DNA of 64,000 nt from Candidatus Latescibacterota bacterium (GCA_965204745.1 OZ242010.1:4320001-4384000); one strand, 5' to 3'; shown: positions 1 through 9,873, numbered from the stretch's first letter. Translations and numbers: made by a program. The notes: a model not told the origin generated them from the sequence alone.

Positions 1-1297
1 AGCGGTGGAGGCGTTCTTCCATTTCTTCGAGCGCGGGGCGGGCCTCGGGCGTATGGGCGAGATTGACCATCTCCAAGGGATCGGCGGATCGGTCGAACAG
101 CCACGGGCCGCGCTCATTGGCGTACCAACGCGCATAAGTATAATGCTCGGTGCGAACCCCGCGCCAACGGCCCACCCACCCCTCGCGGTTGGGCCAGCCG
201 TGCGCCATGTTTTGGAGATACGCGGATTCCGATCCCCCGGGCGCGTGTTCGGGATCCGCGGGCGCGTCTTCGCCCTGCCACACGCCGGAAATATCGCGGC
301 CTTGAAGCCCGTCGGGCAGGGGTAGGCCGCACGCGCCGAGCAGGGTTGGGACGAGATCTATCGCGCCGAAAAACGCCCGGCTCCGCACACCTGCCGGGAT
401 CGCATCCGGCCAGCGCACCACAAACGGCACATGGATGGACTCTTCGTAAGGCGTGGCTTTGGAGGCGCGCATCGACTCGTGCAGCCAGCGGTCACTCGGC
501 TTGCCATACCCGTGGCTCGACAGGTGGTCGCCGTGGTCAGATGTGTAACACACTATCGTATTATCCCGAATCCCAAAGCGGTCTAGCGCGTCCAACAGCC
601 GCGCCATTTGGGCATCCAAGCCCGTGCAACACCCGTAGTAATCGGCAATTTCCCGGCGTGCAAAATCCACCATCTGCGGGGGCACATTGCCCGGCACATC
701 CACCTCTGCGGGATCGTAAATCGCGTGTGCTTCGGGATATTGCGCGTAGGGCCAATGCGGGGGCCGCCACGACACGAACAGGGCAAAGGGATCGCCTGGA
801 CGCGCCTCCAAATGCCGTTCCATGAAACGAATCGCCAAATCCGTCTCCACCTCGGGCGCCCAGCCCTCAAAAAACGTCGGCCCGGCTTCATTCTCGTAAT
901 AACTGCGGTCAAAATACCCGCGCCCACCGTGCAGCGCGGCCAAATACTCCAGCCCGTAGCGATCTTCTTCTGCGTACGGCCCCTTGCCCAAGTGAAACGT
1001 GCCCACATGCGCGGTGCCATACCCACTTGCGCGCAAGGTCCCCGGCAGGGTCGGAATATCCCGGCGCGGGCGGTATTCATTGTCGATCACGAGATTCTGC
1101 CAGCCGTATCGCCCGGTCAACAAAATCGCCCGGTACGGGGAACACAGCGGATGGTTGGAAAACATGTTGTCGCACGCCATCCCCTCTGCCGCGAGCCCGT
1201 CCAATGCGGGCGTCTGAACAACGCGATTCCCATTGGCCCCCAACGCGCTATACCGCTGCTGGTCTGAAAAAACGAATAGGATATTTGGACGCTTCAT
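1..1297 (-). CDS. Sulfatase (formylglycine-dependent), 3' end runs off the window
   Basis: Not in the ORF track because there is no stop in the window. Manual translation from ATG 1297 gives MKRPNILFVFSDQQRYSALG...HPLCSPYRAILLTGRY with the CxPxR sulfatase motif. SD GGAG upstream; ATGA overlap with the upstream gene. Confidence 0.9.
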   Translation of the reverse strand, partial: MKRPNILFVFSDQQRYSALGANGNRVVQTPALDGLAAEGMACDNMFSNHPLCSPYRAILLTGRYGWQNLVIDNEYRPRRDIPTLPGTLRASGYGTAHVGTFHLGKGPYAEEDRYGLEYLAALHGGRGYFDRSYYENEAGPTFFEGWAPEVETDLAIRFMERHLEARPGDPFALFVSWRPPHWPYAQYPEAHAIYDPAEVDVPGNVPPQMVDFARREIADYYGCCTGLDAQMARLLDALDRFGIRDNTIVCYTSDHGDHLSSHGYGKPSDRWLHESMRASKATPYEESIHVPFVVRWPDAIPAGVRSRAFFGAIDLVPTLLGACGLPLPDGLQGRDISGVWQGEDAPADPEHAPGGSESAYLQNMAHGWPNREGWVGRWRGVRTEHYTYARWYANERGPWLFDRSADPLEMVNLAHTPEARPALEEMEERLHR

Positions 1298-2574
1298 GGT
1301 TGTATCTCCTTTACCACCTCTGCAACCGCTTCAATCGTCTCGTCGATCGCGTCATCGGTATGCGCGGTGGATAGGAACCAGGCCCCGCGCTCGAGGGCGC
1401 GCACGCCGCGGTGGAGGAGGGCTTCGGTGAAGGCGACATACCGCTCGCGATCCGCTTGAAGCGCGCTGCGATAATCGGTCACGGGTGCGTGGACATCAAA
1501 GCCGACGTGGAAAATCTGCGGAAAACCCGCGACTCGCGCTTGGATATTCGCGTCTCGCAATGCCCGGCAGATGCCTTCCATGAGCCGCGTTCCCCGCGCG
1601 TGCAACACGTCGAACGCCTCCGGTTGTTTCAACGCGGTCAGGGTCGCAACCACCGCAGCCATAGACGCGGGTTGGGCATTGTACGTGCCCCCGTGCATCA
1701 CGTCTTGGACGAACAGGTCCATCAAATCCGCACGCCCGGCCAAACACGACACCGGAAACCCATTGGCAATCGCTTTGCCAAACACCGCCAAATCCGGCGT
1801 CACGCCAAAATATTGTTGCGCGCCGCCCGGCGCCACGCGAAACCCGGTGATCACCTCGTCAAAAATGAGCGCTGTTCCCGTGGCTGTGCAAACCTCCCTC
1901 ACGCCTTCCAAATAGCCTTCGCCCGGAAAAATCACACTCGCATTGCACATCGCAGGCTCCATGATCACCGCGGCCACATCGCCCCGCTTCAGACGCGCAC
2001 GCAGGAGATCCAGATCGTTCCACACGAGCACCTCGATGTGCGGGTCTGCCATTTGCCCCGCGCTGCCGGGAATGGGCGCGGGCGCGTCTATCGGGCCGCA
2101 TCGATCTGGCGAAGGCGCGACCGACCACAGCACATTGTCGAACCAACCGTGGTAATGTCCCTCAAATTTGACCACAACAGATCGGCCCGTGCCCGCACGC
2201 GCCAACCGCAACGCCGCTTGCACCGCTTCGCTACCCGCGCAGTTGAATCGCACCCGATCCGCGCACGGCACCATCTCGCAAACCAACCGGGCCGCGGCTT
2301 GCTCAACTTTGGTTTGCCCGGCAAAGAGAACACCCGAATCGAGTCGTTCTCGAACCGCAGCCAAGACCGATTGTGGGTTGTGCCCCAAAATCATCGGTCC
2401 CATGCCCAAGTAATAATCGATCAGCCGGTTGCCATCCACGTCGTAGAGATACGGCCCTTCGCCGCGTTCAAACACCAATGGTAGCATGCCCAACCGGAAA
2501 TTGCTGTTCACCCCGCCCGGCAAATAGCGAGCGGCTTCGGCGATCAAGCGTTTGGATTTTTCAAAACTTTTCAT
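1294..2574 (-). CDS. Class III PLP aminotransferase (glutamate-1-semialdehyde aminomutase-like)
   Basis: PGGVNS, KFEGHYHG, LIFDEVITGFR, FGKAIANG and HGGTYN motifs. Confidence 0.9.
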   Translation of the reverse strand: MKSFEKSKRLIAEAARYLPGGVNSNFRLGMLPLVFERGEGPYLYDVDGNRLIDYYLGMGPMILGHNPQSVLAAVRERLDSGVLFAGQTKVEQAAARLVCEMVPCADRVRFNCAGSEAVQAALRLARAGTGRSVVVKFEGHYHGWFDNVLWSVAPSPDRCGPIDAPAPIPGSAGQMADPHIEVLVWNDLDLLRARLKRGDVAAVIMEPAMCNASVIFPGEGYLEGVREVCTATGTALIFDEVITGFRVAPGGAQQYFGVTPDLAVFGKAIANGFPVSCLAGRADLMDLFVQDVMHGGTYNAQPASMAAVVATLTALKQPEAFDVLHARGTRLMEGICRALRDANIQARVAGFPQIFHVGFDVHAPVTDYRSALQADRERYVAFTEALLHRGVRALERGAWFLSTAHTDDAIDETIEAVAEVVKEIQP

Positions 2575-2796
2575 GGTTAACGGGCGGGTGAATGGGCCGC
2601 AGGGGTTGAATGATTCTGCGGCGTTCGGGCGTCAACCGCGCGAGCAAGGCTTCTGAAGGGCGATACCCGTAGCGATTGTTTCCCCAGGTCATAGCGATAG
2701 ATCAAATGCCCGGCCTTGACGCGCCTCACTGCGTCGCCGGCATCGAGAAACACCTCCACGCAAATCGAACAAATAATCTTCCACTTCAGTCGGCAT
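2561..2796 (-). pseudogene. Internally deleted phytanoyl-CoA dioxygenase (PhyH) family remnant
   Basis: SD plus MPTEVEDYLFDLRG (typical N-terminus), then VEVFLDAGDA, IYRY and WGNNRYGYRPSEALLARLTPERRRIIQP (typical C-terminus), in different frames within 236 bp. Confidence 0.65.
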
Positions 2797-4189
2797 CAAA
2801 TTTTTCCTCCCCATTCCTCTCAAAAATTGCCGTGGCAACCTGCATCGTTTCAGCCACAGCATTGCGGAGGTCCCCCTGGAGGTCGTGAACTTGGCGCGCG
2901 CAAGCGACGAGGCGTTCGCGCGGTTCGCCGCTTTTGAGCATGGGCAGGAGGAACTCCCGTTCAAAAATGGATTCTCTGATTTCCGGCTGGACAGCCGTTA
3001 TCGCGAGATAATAAACCTGCTTCCGAAACATTTCCGATGTGAAAATGCTCCACAACAGGAGTGCCTCTGCATGGGTTTCTGGGCGAATCGCAATAAACCC
3101 GGTCGTGACCAAGTGCCCATCAAACTCGGGCGGCACAATGACGGCAGTGCCCCGAGAGGAAATGTTCTTAGCCAACAAAACATCGTTGGTCTGCACCTGC
3201 AATCGCGCCCGGGTGGGCAGATTTTCAAAAAAATCCTCGCGGTAATTGACGATAGCCCCTTCTCGGGTCACGTCTCCGATCTCAAAATATCGAAAGAGTT
3301 TGCCCTCGCACGCCTCTCCTTCTCGTGCGGTCAACTTTGGCACAATACGAAAATCACTACCGGTTAGCAACTCGACGCGTCCTTCCACAGCGCGGGCTTG
3401 CAAATCGGCCCGCGTTCTCGCCAAATCCGGCGCGTAGTAAAACGCATCCAACCGCTTGGGATCGAGTTCGTCCGCAGGCACGACAAACGTCTGGAAAGGA
3501 CAGCCCAAGTTCTCATTCTGAACCGCGTTGGGTTCAAACACTTCGATGATCTCCCCTTTCATCCGCCAGTGATTCCAGACCTCTGTCAGCCGCGGGATGT
3601 TATTTCGTTCAGGTGTGTAACGCTGATAGTCGTCATGGCCCACATTGTTGAGTATGCCCATGAAAACCGCGCCTTGTTCGTCGTTTTTGTTTTCGCGTTT
3701 CACAAGGTGAATGATGGACGTTTGCACCCCGGCTTGTGCCTGCAAAAAAGTATTGAACGGCAAAGCGATGACTTGGCGGACGATAAAATTTTCCAAAATA
3801 TAATCGCGGTATGTCTGGCTGTTCTCGCCATTGAGAACGGTGTTGTCGATCACCGTGAGCAACTCACCGCCAGGGTTGAGAAGCTCGCAATACCGCTCGA
3901 GAAACAAAACATTGGATTTCGTACTGCTCTCGCGCTTCCCATTCTTGGTGACAGCGATTTCGTATTGATCCAGCATCCGCCTCTCGTCGTCATTTTTGCG
4001 TTGGTACGAGATGCTGAACGGCGGGTTGGTCAGCACGACGTCAAATTTGCGACGCTCAAAAATTAAAAGTTGTTGGAGTTCTTTGACCTCGTTGGTCCTC
4101 TCCAGCGATAAGCCGGTGGGCGGCAGAAGTTCGCCATCGAGGGTATCGGCCACAAATACCGTACTGCCCCCGTCTCCGTGCAAATACAT
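2786..4189 (-). CDS. 5'-truncated N-6 DNA methylase with C-terminal specificity (TRD/HsdS-like) domain
   Basis: Starts at MYLHGDG (normally internal), has FDVVLTNPPF motif IV, a RLDAFYY linker and an HsdS-like tail. No SAM-binding motif I. The ORF-track 5' extension overlaps the GT2 gene. Confidence 0.75.
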   Translation of the reverse strand: MYLHGDGGSTVFVADTLDGELLPPTGLSLERTNEVKELQQLLIFERRKFDVVLTNPPFSISYQRKNDDERRMLDQYEIAVTKNGKRESSTKSNVLFLERYCELLNPGGELLTVIDNTVLNGENSQTYRDYILENFIVRQVIALPFNTFLQAQAGVQTSIIHLVKRENKNDEQGAVFMGILNNVGHDDYQRYTPERNNIPRLTEVWNHWRMKGEIIEVFEPNAVQNENLGCPFQTFVVPADELDPKRLDAFYYAPDLARTRADLQARAVEGRVELLTGSDFRIVPKLTAREGEACEGKLFRYFEIGDVTREGAIVNYREDFFENLPTRARLQVQTNDVLLAKNISSRGTAVIVPPEFDGHLVTTGFIAIRPETHAEALLLWSIFTSEMFRKQVYYLAITAVQPEIRESIFEREFLLPMLKSGEPRERLVACARQVHDLQGDLRNAVAETMQVATAIFERNGEEKFDAD

Positions 4190-4202
4190 ATCGTTCCCTA
4201 TC

Positions 4203-5171
4203 CTATTGCGTTGTTGTCTTGGACTGATCCTGGTCGAGTTCCATTGTTCGCACGCGCGTGGAAACATCTTTGAGGATGAGGCGGTTGGTGGCAATGAGAT
4301 CGGCGACAATGCCGGTGAGGAACATCTGGAACCCGGCGAGCAGGAGAATGGCCGCGAGGATGAGCGATTGAATGTGGAGTTCGCCCTCGTCGGTAAAAAA
4401 GAAAAAATAGAGAAACCGAAACCCGAGCAACGCGCCCGCGGAAAATGTGACCGCGCCAAACGCGAAAAAAATCCGCAGGGCTTTGTAGCACGCGTACGTC
4501 CGTAGGGAAATCTCGCCCGACTTAAAGACAAATTCCCCTAAATTTGTGAACAGGCGCGATTCGCGCGTTTTGGGATTGGTGCGAATGGGCACGATTTCAA
4601 TGGCGAGGTGGTCTTGCCCTGCTTGCACGACTTGCTCGGCGGTGTGATCAAAATCCGTGAATATCAACAAATGCAGGGCCGCATCCCGGGAAAATGCGCG
4701 AAACCCACAGGCGACATCGGGCACCTCAATCTGGGCGAGGCGGCTGATCACGCGGCTACCGAGCCACTGGAGCCATCGCTTCAAAAAAGAAAAGTGGTCG
4801 ATGCTGCTCGTTTGCCGATCCCCAATGACCATGTGGGCGCGCTTGTCGAGAATGGGTTGCACGAGCGCGGCAATATCGCCGCCGTAATACTGGTTGTCGC
4901 CATCCGTGTTGACGATGATATCCGCGCCGAGTTTGAGGCAGGTGTCAAAGCCCACCTTGAAGGCATGCCCCAAGCCGCGATTTTTGGGGAACGTGACGAC
5001 GTGATCCACGCCGAGTTCCCGCGCCACTTCAGCCGTGCGGTCATCCGACCCGTCGTCAATGACCAAGATCTCGACTTTGTCAATGCCGGGGATAGCACGC
5101 GGAATATCCTCGATCGTCGCGGGCAGGGTTTCTTCTTCGTTGAGGCAGGGAATTTGGACGATGAGTTTCAT
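4203..5171 (-). CDS. Glycosyltransferase family 2 (DPM1/GtrB-like) with two C-terminal TM helices
   Basis: IPCLNEE, IDDGSDD, NTDGDNQY (DxD), hydrophobic C-terminus. Confidence 0.9.
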   Translation of the reverse strand: MKLIVQIPCLNEEETLPATIEDIPRAIPGIDKVEILVIDDGSDDRTAEVARELGVDHVVTFPKNRGLGHAFKVGFDTCLKLGADIIVNTDGDNQYYGGDIAALVQPILDKRAHMVIGDRQTSSIDHFSFLKRWLQWLGSRVISRLAQIEVPDVACGFRAFSRDAALHLLIFTDFDHTAEQVVQAGQDHLAIEIVPIRTNPKTRESRLFTNLGEFVFKSGEISLRTYACYKALRIFFAFGAVTFSAGALLGFRFLYFFFFTDEGELHIQSLILAAILLLAGFQMFLTGIVADLIATNRLILKDVSTRVRTMELDQDQSKTTTQ

Positions 5172-5298
5172 GTTGGGACCTGGGGATTAGGGGTTGGCGT
5201 GTATTCGTTTCTTGACGAAATCAAAGACATTTGGTCACATGGAAATCGCGTCACTCATCCGCATCCAACAGACGCTAAACGTCATTTAGACTGCACAT

Positions 5299-5643
5299 CT
5301 ATGGCGTCAGACCCGTGCGTACTAGGTCAATAATTGTTTCTATAATTTGCCTGAACGCATCCGGGTTTAAGGTACCGACTTGGGTTTTAATGAGATTGCG
5401 GTTGGCAGTGAACAATTTTCCCGAACGGACATAGCTCACTAGATGTAACGATCCTATGGAAAAACTGGCGTTGGTCAATGCAATAGCTCGCCTATCACCA
5501 TAGGGGCGGCTCGTGATTTGGCAGAGAATCCAATCGCCTCGATCCACAGATGCAATCGCCACCGCAGGTCTCAATTTCGCTTGTGACAAATCGGAAAACG
5601 GAAAAGGCACTAAGACGACGGCACCTGTTGCAAGTGTGACCAT
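5299..5643 (-). CDS. PemK/MazF family toxin
   Basis: VVLVPFPFSDLSQAKLRPA...ILCQITS signature. Confidence 0.9.
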   Translation of the reverse strand: MVTLATGAVVLVPFPFSDLSQAKLRPAVAIASVDRGDWILCQITSRPYGDRRAIALTNASFSIGSLHLVSYVRSGKLFTANRNLIKTQVGTLNPDAFRQIIETIIDLVRTGLTP

Positions 5644-5831
5644 GCGGCATCCTCCTCGGGACGATTCCAGTCTTCAGCAAGCGCGGCTTCACTCAGCAAC
5701 GCCGTGTCGGGAATATCCGGGGCATCGGCGAGGATGGTCACAAATGCGCGGCGTGGCGCTGGCAACTGGAGCGGCTCCAGCAACTGTACGTTGCCTTGTT
5801 CGTCAATCGTAGCTTCAATGGTTTTCAGCAC
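5610..5831 (-). CDS. Putative antitoxin of the MazF-like toxin
   Basis: 73 aa acidic protein ending LSEAALAEDWNRPEEDAAWSHL, overlapping the toxin start. Confidence 0.8.
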   Translation of the reverse strand: MLKTIEATIDEQGNVQLLEPLQLPAPRRAFVTILADAPDIPDTALLSEAALAEDWNRPEEDAAWSHLQQVPSS

Positions 5832-5895
5832 TGTTTCTCCTTTCTACCCGCACAGCCTTGATTTCCGCTTGGATTTCTTTGTGTTGATGAGCGAC

Positions 5896-7575
5896 TCAAT
5901 CGCCGAAAATCGCGGCGGATGCAGCGGCGGCGCGGGCCGTGCGCTCTTCGGCGGACAGATCGCCCATCGCCTTGTAAAAGGCTTCGTCGTAATTGCGGGT
6001 CTTGATCACCACGGGCATGGGCACGGCATGCCCGAACACGAGGGCCTGCTGTTTGGAATCGAGACTCGCCAACACGCTTCGCAAGCCCGCGGCATTGGAT
6101 ACGCCCGTCAACACGCCTTGAATGTCTTTTTCGTCGTTGAGCAAGGCCGTGATCTTCGTGCCGAGTTGCGAGAGCACTTCCTCGTCAATGCCCGAAGGTC
6201 GCTGGTCAACGACGAGGAGGGAGACGTAGTATTTCCGCATCTCTCGGGCGATGGTGCCAAAAATGGTCTGTTTTGCCGTGGCCGGGTTGAGAAACTTGTG
6301 CGCTTCTTCGATGGTGATGACCAAGTGCCGGGGTTGGTCTTCGGTCTTTTGCGATGCGTAAAACTTTTCGCTCTTGGTGACGTACTGCTCGTGAATGCGC
6401 CGCGAGAGAATATTCGCCACGAGCAAATACGCGAGCATACTCGTCTGCCGCCCAAATTCGAGCACGATGTGAATGCCGCGGTCGATGTAGTCCATCATCG
6501 TATCCACCGCGTCCGCGCTGTCGAGGTGATCGACCATAAAGGGGAAATTGTCGATGCGCTTGAGCTTGCGATGCAAGGCGGACAGCGAGCTTTTGTTCGC
6601 GCCGATATCCTCGGCGAATTGCTCGACATCCGGGCCATCGACAGAGAGCAACTGCCGTAGCCAGCGGTTTTTGTACATCGCATAGACGAGATAGGCCGAT
6701 TCGGCAGCCGTGGGATTGAGTTGCAACTCGTCTTGCAGTGCGATCACATCCTCCACCGCGATTTGATCGTAGGCGATGTACACCTCGTGATCGGGCTGAA
6801 TCCCGCGCTGCCGGGACGATTCCGGATCCAGAGAAAACAGGGCGACTTGATTGCCGAACAACTGCTTGAGGCCCTTGACAAAACTGCTTCCCCCCTGCCC
6901 GCCGCCCTCTTTCATCGCGCGAAACCCGTACTCGTTGTGCATGTCAAAAATGAGATTGACGGCCTTCTCGTTCTTGATCAGGCCGCACAATACCAAGCGC
7001 GTGAGAAAGGATTTGCCCGTGCCGGTCTTGCCAAAAATGCCATTGCTGCGCTCGACAAACCGGTTGAGATTGATGCACACCGGCGTGTCCATGTCCAACG
7101 GCGTGCCCATGTTGAAAAACCGGTCGTCCTTTTCCTCACTGCCAAACACGCGCGACACATCTTCCTCGTCGGCCTCCACGACTTTGGAAAAATGACTCGG
7201 AATGGTCTTGACCGGGCGCGGCTCATCCACGATTTCCTCGCCCTGTTCGAGCATGAGCATGGGCCGCAACGCGACCGTGACGTACGTGCTCGACCCATTG
7301 AGCACGCTGTGCAACAACTGGTCCCCGTCGCGGGGCGGGTAGAGCAAAATGTCGGGATTGGTGGCATCGAGGGTCAAATCCGTGATCATCGAGAAGAACT
7401 GATTTTTATACCCCTCGATCACCACGAACTTGCCGGCTTTGACGTCCTCAACGCTGCGGTTGGGGTTGAGTTTCATCTCGACGCCCTCGGTCAAAGACCC
7501 GCGCGTGACAACGCCAATTTCGCCGATGGTCTGAATATCCGGCGACCCGTTGAGATTGTTCCAGAGATCGTTCAT
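5896..7575 (-). CDS. herA: HerA/FtsK family ATPase (DUF87) with N-terminal HAS barrel
   Basis: Walker A GKTGTGKS, IFDMHNEYG, IEEAHKF, AREMRKY, DQRPS. Confidence 0.9.
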   Translation of the reverse strand: MNDLWNNLNGSPDIQTIGEIGVVTRGSLTEGVEMKLNPNRSVEDVKAGKFVVIEGYKNQFFSMITDLTLDATNPDILLYPPRDGDQLLHSVLNGSSTYVTVALRPMLMLEQGEEIVDEPRPVKTIPSHFSKVVEADEEDVSRVFGSEEKDDRFFNMGTPLDMDTPVCINLNRFVERSNGIFGKTGTGKSFLTRLVLCGLIKNEKAVNLIFDMHNEYGFRAMKEGGGQGGSSFVKGLKQLFGNQVALFSLDPESSRQRGIQPDHEVYIAYDQIAVEDVIALQDELQLNPTAAESAYLVYAMYKNRWLRQLLSVDGPDVEQFAEDIGANKSSLSALHRKLKRIDNFPFMVDHLDSADAVDTMMDYIDRGIHIVLEFGRQTSMLAYLLVANILSRRIHEQYVTKSEKFYASQKTEDQPRHLVITIEEAHKFLNPATAKQTIFGTIAREMRKYYVSLLVVDQRPSGIDEEVLSQLGTKITALLNDEKDIQGVLTGVSNAAGLRSVLASLDSKQQALVFGHAVPMPVVIKTRNYDEAFYKAMGDLSAEERTARAAAASAAIFGD

Positions 7576-7584
7576 GGGAAAATG

Positions 7585-7644
7585 CAGTAGTCAGTGGTCA
7601 GTAGTCAGTGGTCAGTGGTCAGTGGTCAGTGGTCAGTGGTCAGT
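7585..7644. repeat. Heptamer tandem array (CAGTGGT/CAGTAGT)n, about 8 copies
   Basis: Directly visible immediately upstream of the herA start. Confidence 0.95.
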
Positions 7645-7714
7645 CCGCCCAACCCCCATCACCCGTAGATCAGCGACATGCTTCGCGGCCGTTGCGTTCA
7701 TCCGCGGTTGCGCC

Positions 7715-8314
7715 TCATTGGGAAACCCGCCTCATAATCGAACTGAGGCGGTCGTAGTCGTCGCGGATGAGGCGGCACAGGTCTTTGCCAATGCTCACCA
7801 GATAGGGCATGTCAAACGCACGCGCGGCCCAGGCATTTCGCACCGAGGCGATGATGAGATCGTCCGCGGGCAGGCGATTGCCATTGCCGCACAAAATGCT
7901 GCGGAGAAAATCGCCGCTGTTGGTCAGGGCTTTGACCTCGGATTCCGAGCAGGGAAACACAAAACTGTGGATGCCGGGCGGTTGCGGGGGCAAGACCCGT
8001 TGCGGGCCTTTGTCGTCGCCATAGCCGATAATCACCGCTTCAAACTCGGTTTTGAGCAGTTCGAAAATTTGCGGTTGTTCCTCGCGCAACTGCTGCTCGG
8101 TCAAGCCGTAGGCCGTGGCGCGGCGGTTGGGTTCAATCGAGTGCGTACACACATTGAACACCAAGCCATACACGGGCAACGCGCCGCGGGTTTTGACAAA
8201 GGATCCAAACGGCGGCGCGCCATTGAGCTCGCGGCTTTCTGACGTGAATTGCGACGTGGAACTCTCGATGATTTCCCCGATAAAGTCGCTGATATCAAAT
8301 TGCACGAGTGACAT
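7715..8314 (-). CDS. Stand-alone HAS-barrel domain protein (HerA/NurA operon partner)
   Basis: IGEIIESSTSQF, PPFGSFVK, PPQPPGIHSFV; located between nurA and herA. Confidence 0.8.
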   Translation of the reverse strand: MSLVQFDISDFIGEIIESSTSQFTSESRELNGAPPFGSFVKTRGALPVYGLVFNVCTHSIEPNRRATAYGLTEQQLREEQPQIFELLKTEFEAVIIGYGDDKGPQRVLPPQPPGIHSFVFPCSESEVKALTNSGDFLRSILCGNGNRLPADDLIIASVRNAWAARAFDMPYLVSIGKDLCRLIRDDYDRLSSIMRRVSQ

Positions 8315-8322
8315 GGAAACCT

Positions 8323-8559
8323 CTATTGTGAAAGGGCATACCAGTCTGACGCTGTAATTTCACTTTCGAGAATCGCTTCGACTTCCCGAATCATGAAACG
8401 CAACTGCGGAACAGAGTATTCAGAATTAGACGGAATAGCCAATCGGTGATTTTGATAGGTCATGAATTGGTGACGTGTCCCTGAATAAGGGCCATCAAAT
8501 CCGAGTTTGCGAAGCCGACGAATGAAATCGCGGCGTTTACATATCACCCAACGGTTCAT
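8323..8559 (-). CDS. hicA: HicA family toxin
   Basis: LRKLGFDGPYSGTRHQFM...LAIP, 78 aa, coupled to hicB. Confidence 0.85.
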   Translation of the reverse strand: MNRWVICKRRDFIRRLRKLGFDGPYSGTRHQFMTYQNHRLAIPSNSEYSVPQLRFMIREVEAILESEITASDWYALSQ

Positions 8560-8809
8560 GCACGGGCACCTTGTTTAAGTCGATACCCTTAACAACGGGC
8601 AGTTTATGTCCGAGTTTGATGCCCACAAAAATCCAATCTTCGAGTGTGGCATGGAGCTCTGCTTCACAGGTGCGGAGCGAATTGGCAAATGCCACAACGC
8701 CCTTACACCCGGGAATGCGTCCGCCGAACGTACCGTCCTCGAGCGCGTCGTATTCGGCCTGTGCCATGAGATCATGGATATAATCGGTGAGGATGAATTG
8801 TGTCGCCAT
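8537..8809 (-). CDS. hicB: HicB family antitoxin
   Basis: EDGTFGGRIPGCKGVVAF...LEDWI, 90 aa. Confidence 0.85.
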   Translation of the reverse strand: MATQFILTDYIHDLMAQAEYDALEDGTFGGRIPGCKGVVAFANSLRTCEAELHATLEDWIFVGIKLGHKLPVVKGIDLNKVPVHEPLGDM

Positions 8810-8839
8810 AGTGGGATTCTCGCTTATATGACCACAGCC

Positions 8840-9013
8840 TTATGAAAAAGAAAATGTGTCCTCATTCTGCATCGGTGGCGAAACGTAGGCGATGATTCGC
8901 TCAAAAAATACGACATCATCTTTGAACCTGCCCAGTCCTGTATTGCAACTGTCGCAGATCCATTCCCGCCCCTTTCCGGTTTTGTGGTCGTGGTCGCGTA
9001 CGATATTTGCCAT
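8840..9013 (-). pseudogene. C-terminal stub of an Hpy99I-like / endonuclease VII-type His-Me restriction nuclease
   Basis: ANIVRDHDHKTGKGREWICDSCNTGLGRFKDD; only 57 aa; TAATG-coupled to the upstream MTase. Confidence 0.75.
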
Positions 9014-9807
9014 TACGCCATCCCTGTCATCTGTATTTGTCCGCCATAAACGCGTTTTTTTGCGATTGCAATGTACTCTTTGGAAATATCCACGCCGATG
9101 AATCTGCGATTGTGCTTGAGAGCCATTTTGCCGGTCGTGCCACTGCCACACATGGGATCGAAGACGAGGTCGCCGGCATTTGTCCAGGACAAGATGTGGT
9201 CTTCCGCCAACTTTTCGGGAAAAACCGCGGGGTGTCCAAACGCGATTTTGTCGGTTGTCGTGCCGCCATAGCCGACCGCGTAAGGCCAGATATTTGTGCG
9301 GGTCTTTTCCTTTTTCAGTTCCTTGAGCACCTTCTTGTTCACCCCATCCGCGCCCTTGTTGTGCGTCAGCATCTCCATGCCGTGTCTGACCGTTTTCACT
9401 TTTATGGGATTAAACGTAGTCGGTTTGCCCCGCGACAACACAAACATAAACTCATAGCAATTCGTGTACGCATTGCTCCGCATAAACGGCGTGTTCTTCT
9501 TTTGGTAGATCATGACATCGTGCATCTGAAAACCGATGTCCTGAAAGAACAAGCCCTGCCGAAAACTGGTGAGGGTTCGCCCGCCATTGATCTTGTCCCC
9601 AACGACCCAGACGACGACCCCGCCCTGTTTTGTCACCCTGAATAGCTGCGTTGCGATATTCTCAAAGTCAAACGAGTAGCCCTTGTAATTTCGCAAATTA
9701 TCGTAAGGCGGCGAGGTCACGGTCAAGTCGATGGACGCCTCATCCATACGCGACATAAACGCCACGCAGTCCTCGACAAAAATTCCTTCTTCCATCATTT
9801 TCGCCAT
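9013..9807 (-). CDS. Beta-class DNA methyltransferase, probably N4-cytosine
   Basis: TSPPY motif IV precedes HPAVFP and DPMCGSGTT motif I. Confidence 0.9.
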   Translation of the reverse strand: MAKMMEEGIFVEDCVAFMSRMDEASIDLTVTSPPYDNLRNYKGYSFDFENIATQLFRVTKQGGVVVWVVGDKINGGRTLTSFRQGLFFQDIGFQMHDVMIYQKKNTPFMRSNAYTNCYEFMFVLSRGKPTTFNPIKVKTVRHGMEMLTHNKGADGVNKKVLKELKKEKTRTNIWPYAVGYGGTTTDKIAFGHPAVFPEKLAEDHILSWTNAGDLVFDPMCGSGTTGKMALKHNRRFIGVDISKEYIAIAKKRVYGGQIQMTGMA

Positions 9808-9873
9808 TTTGTTTCCTCGCGTCCAGAGTTCACATTGCGACTCTGGCGATTGCGGCAACCTTTCCGCGTCGAG

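Noticed and set aside
608-1267. 219-aa + strand ORF and many similar long antisense ORFs (e.g. 1411-2484, 12193-13464, 35946-37535, 49524-50792, 57169-58797)
   Set aside because: Shadows of well-supported genes on the opposite strand in GC-rich DNA.
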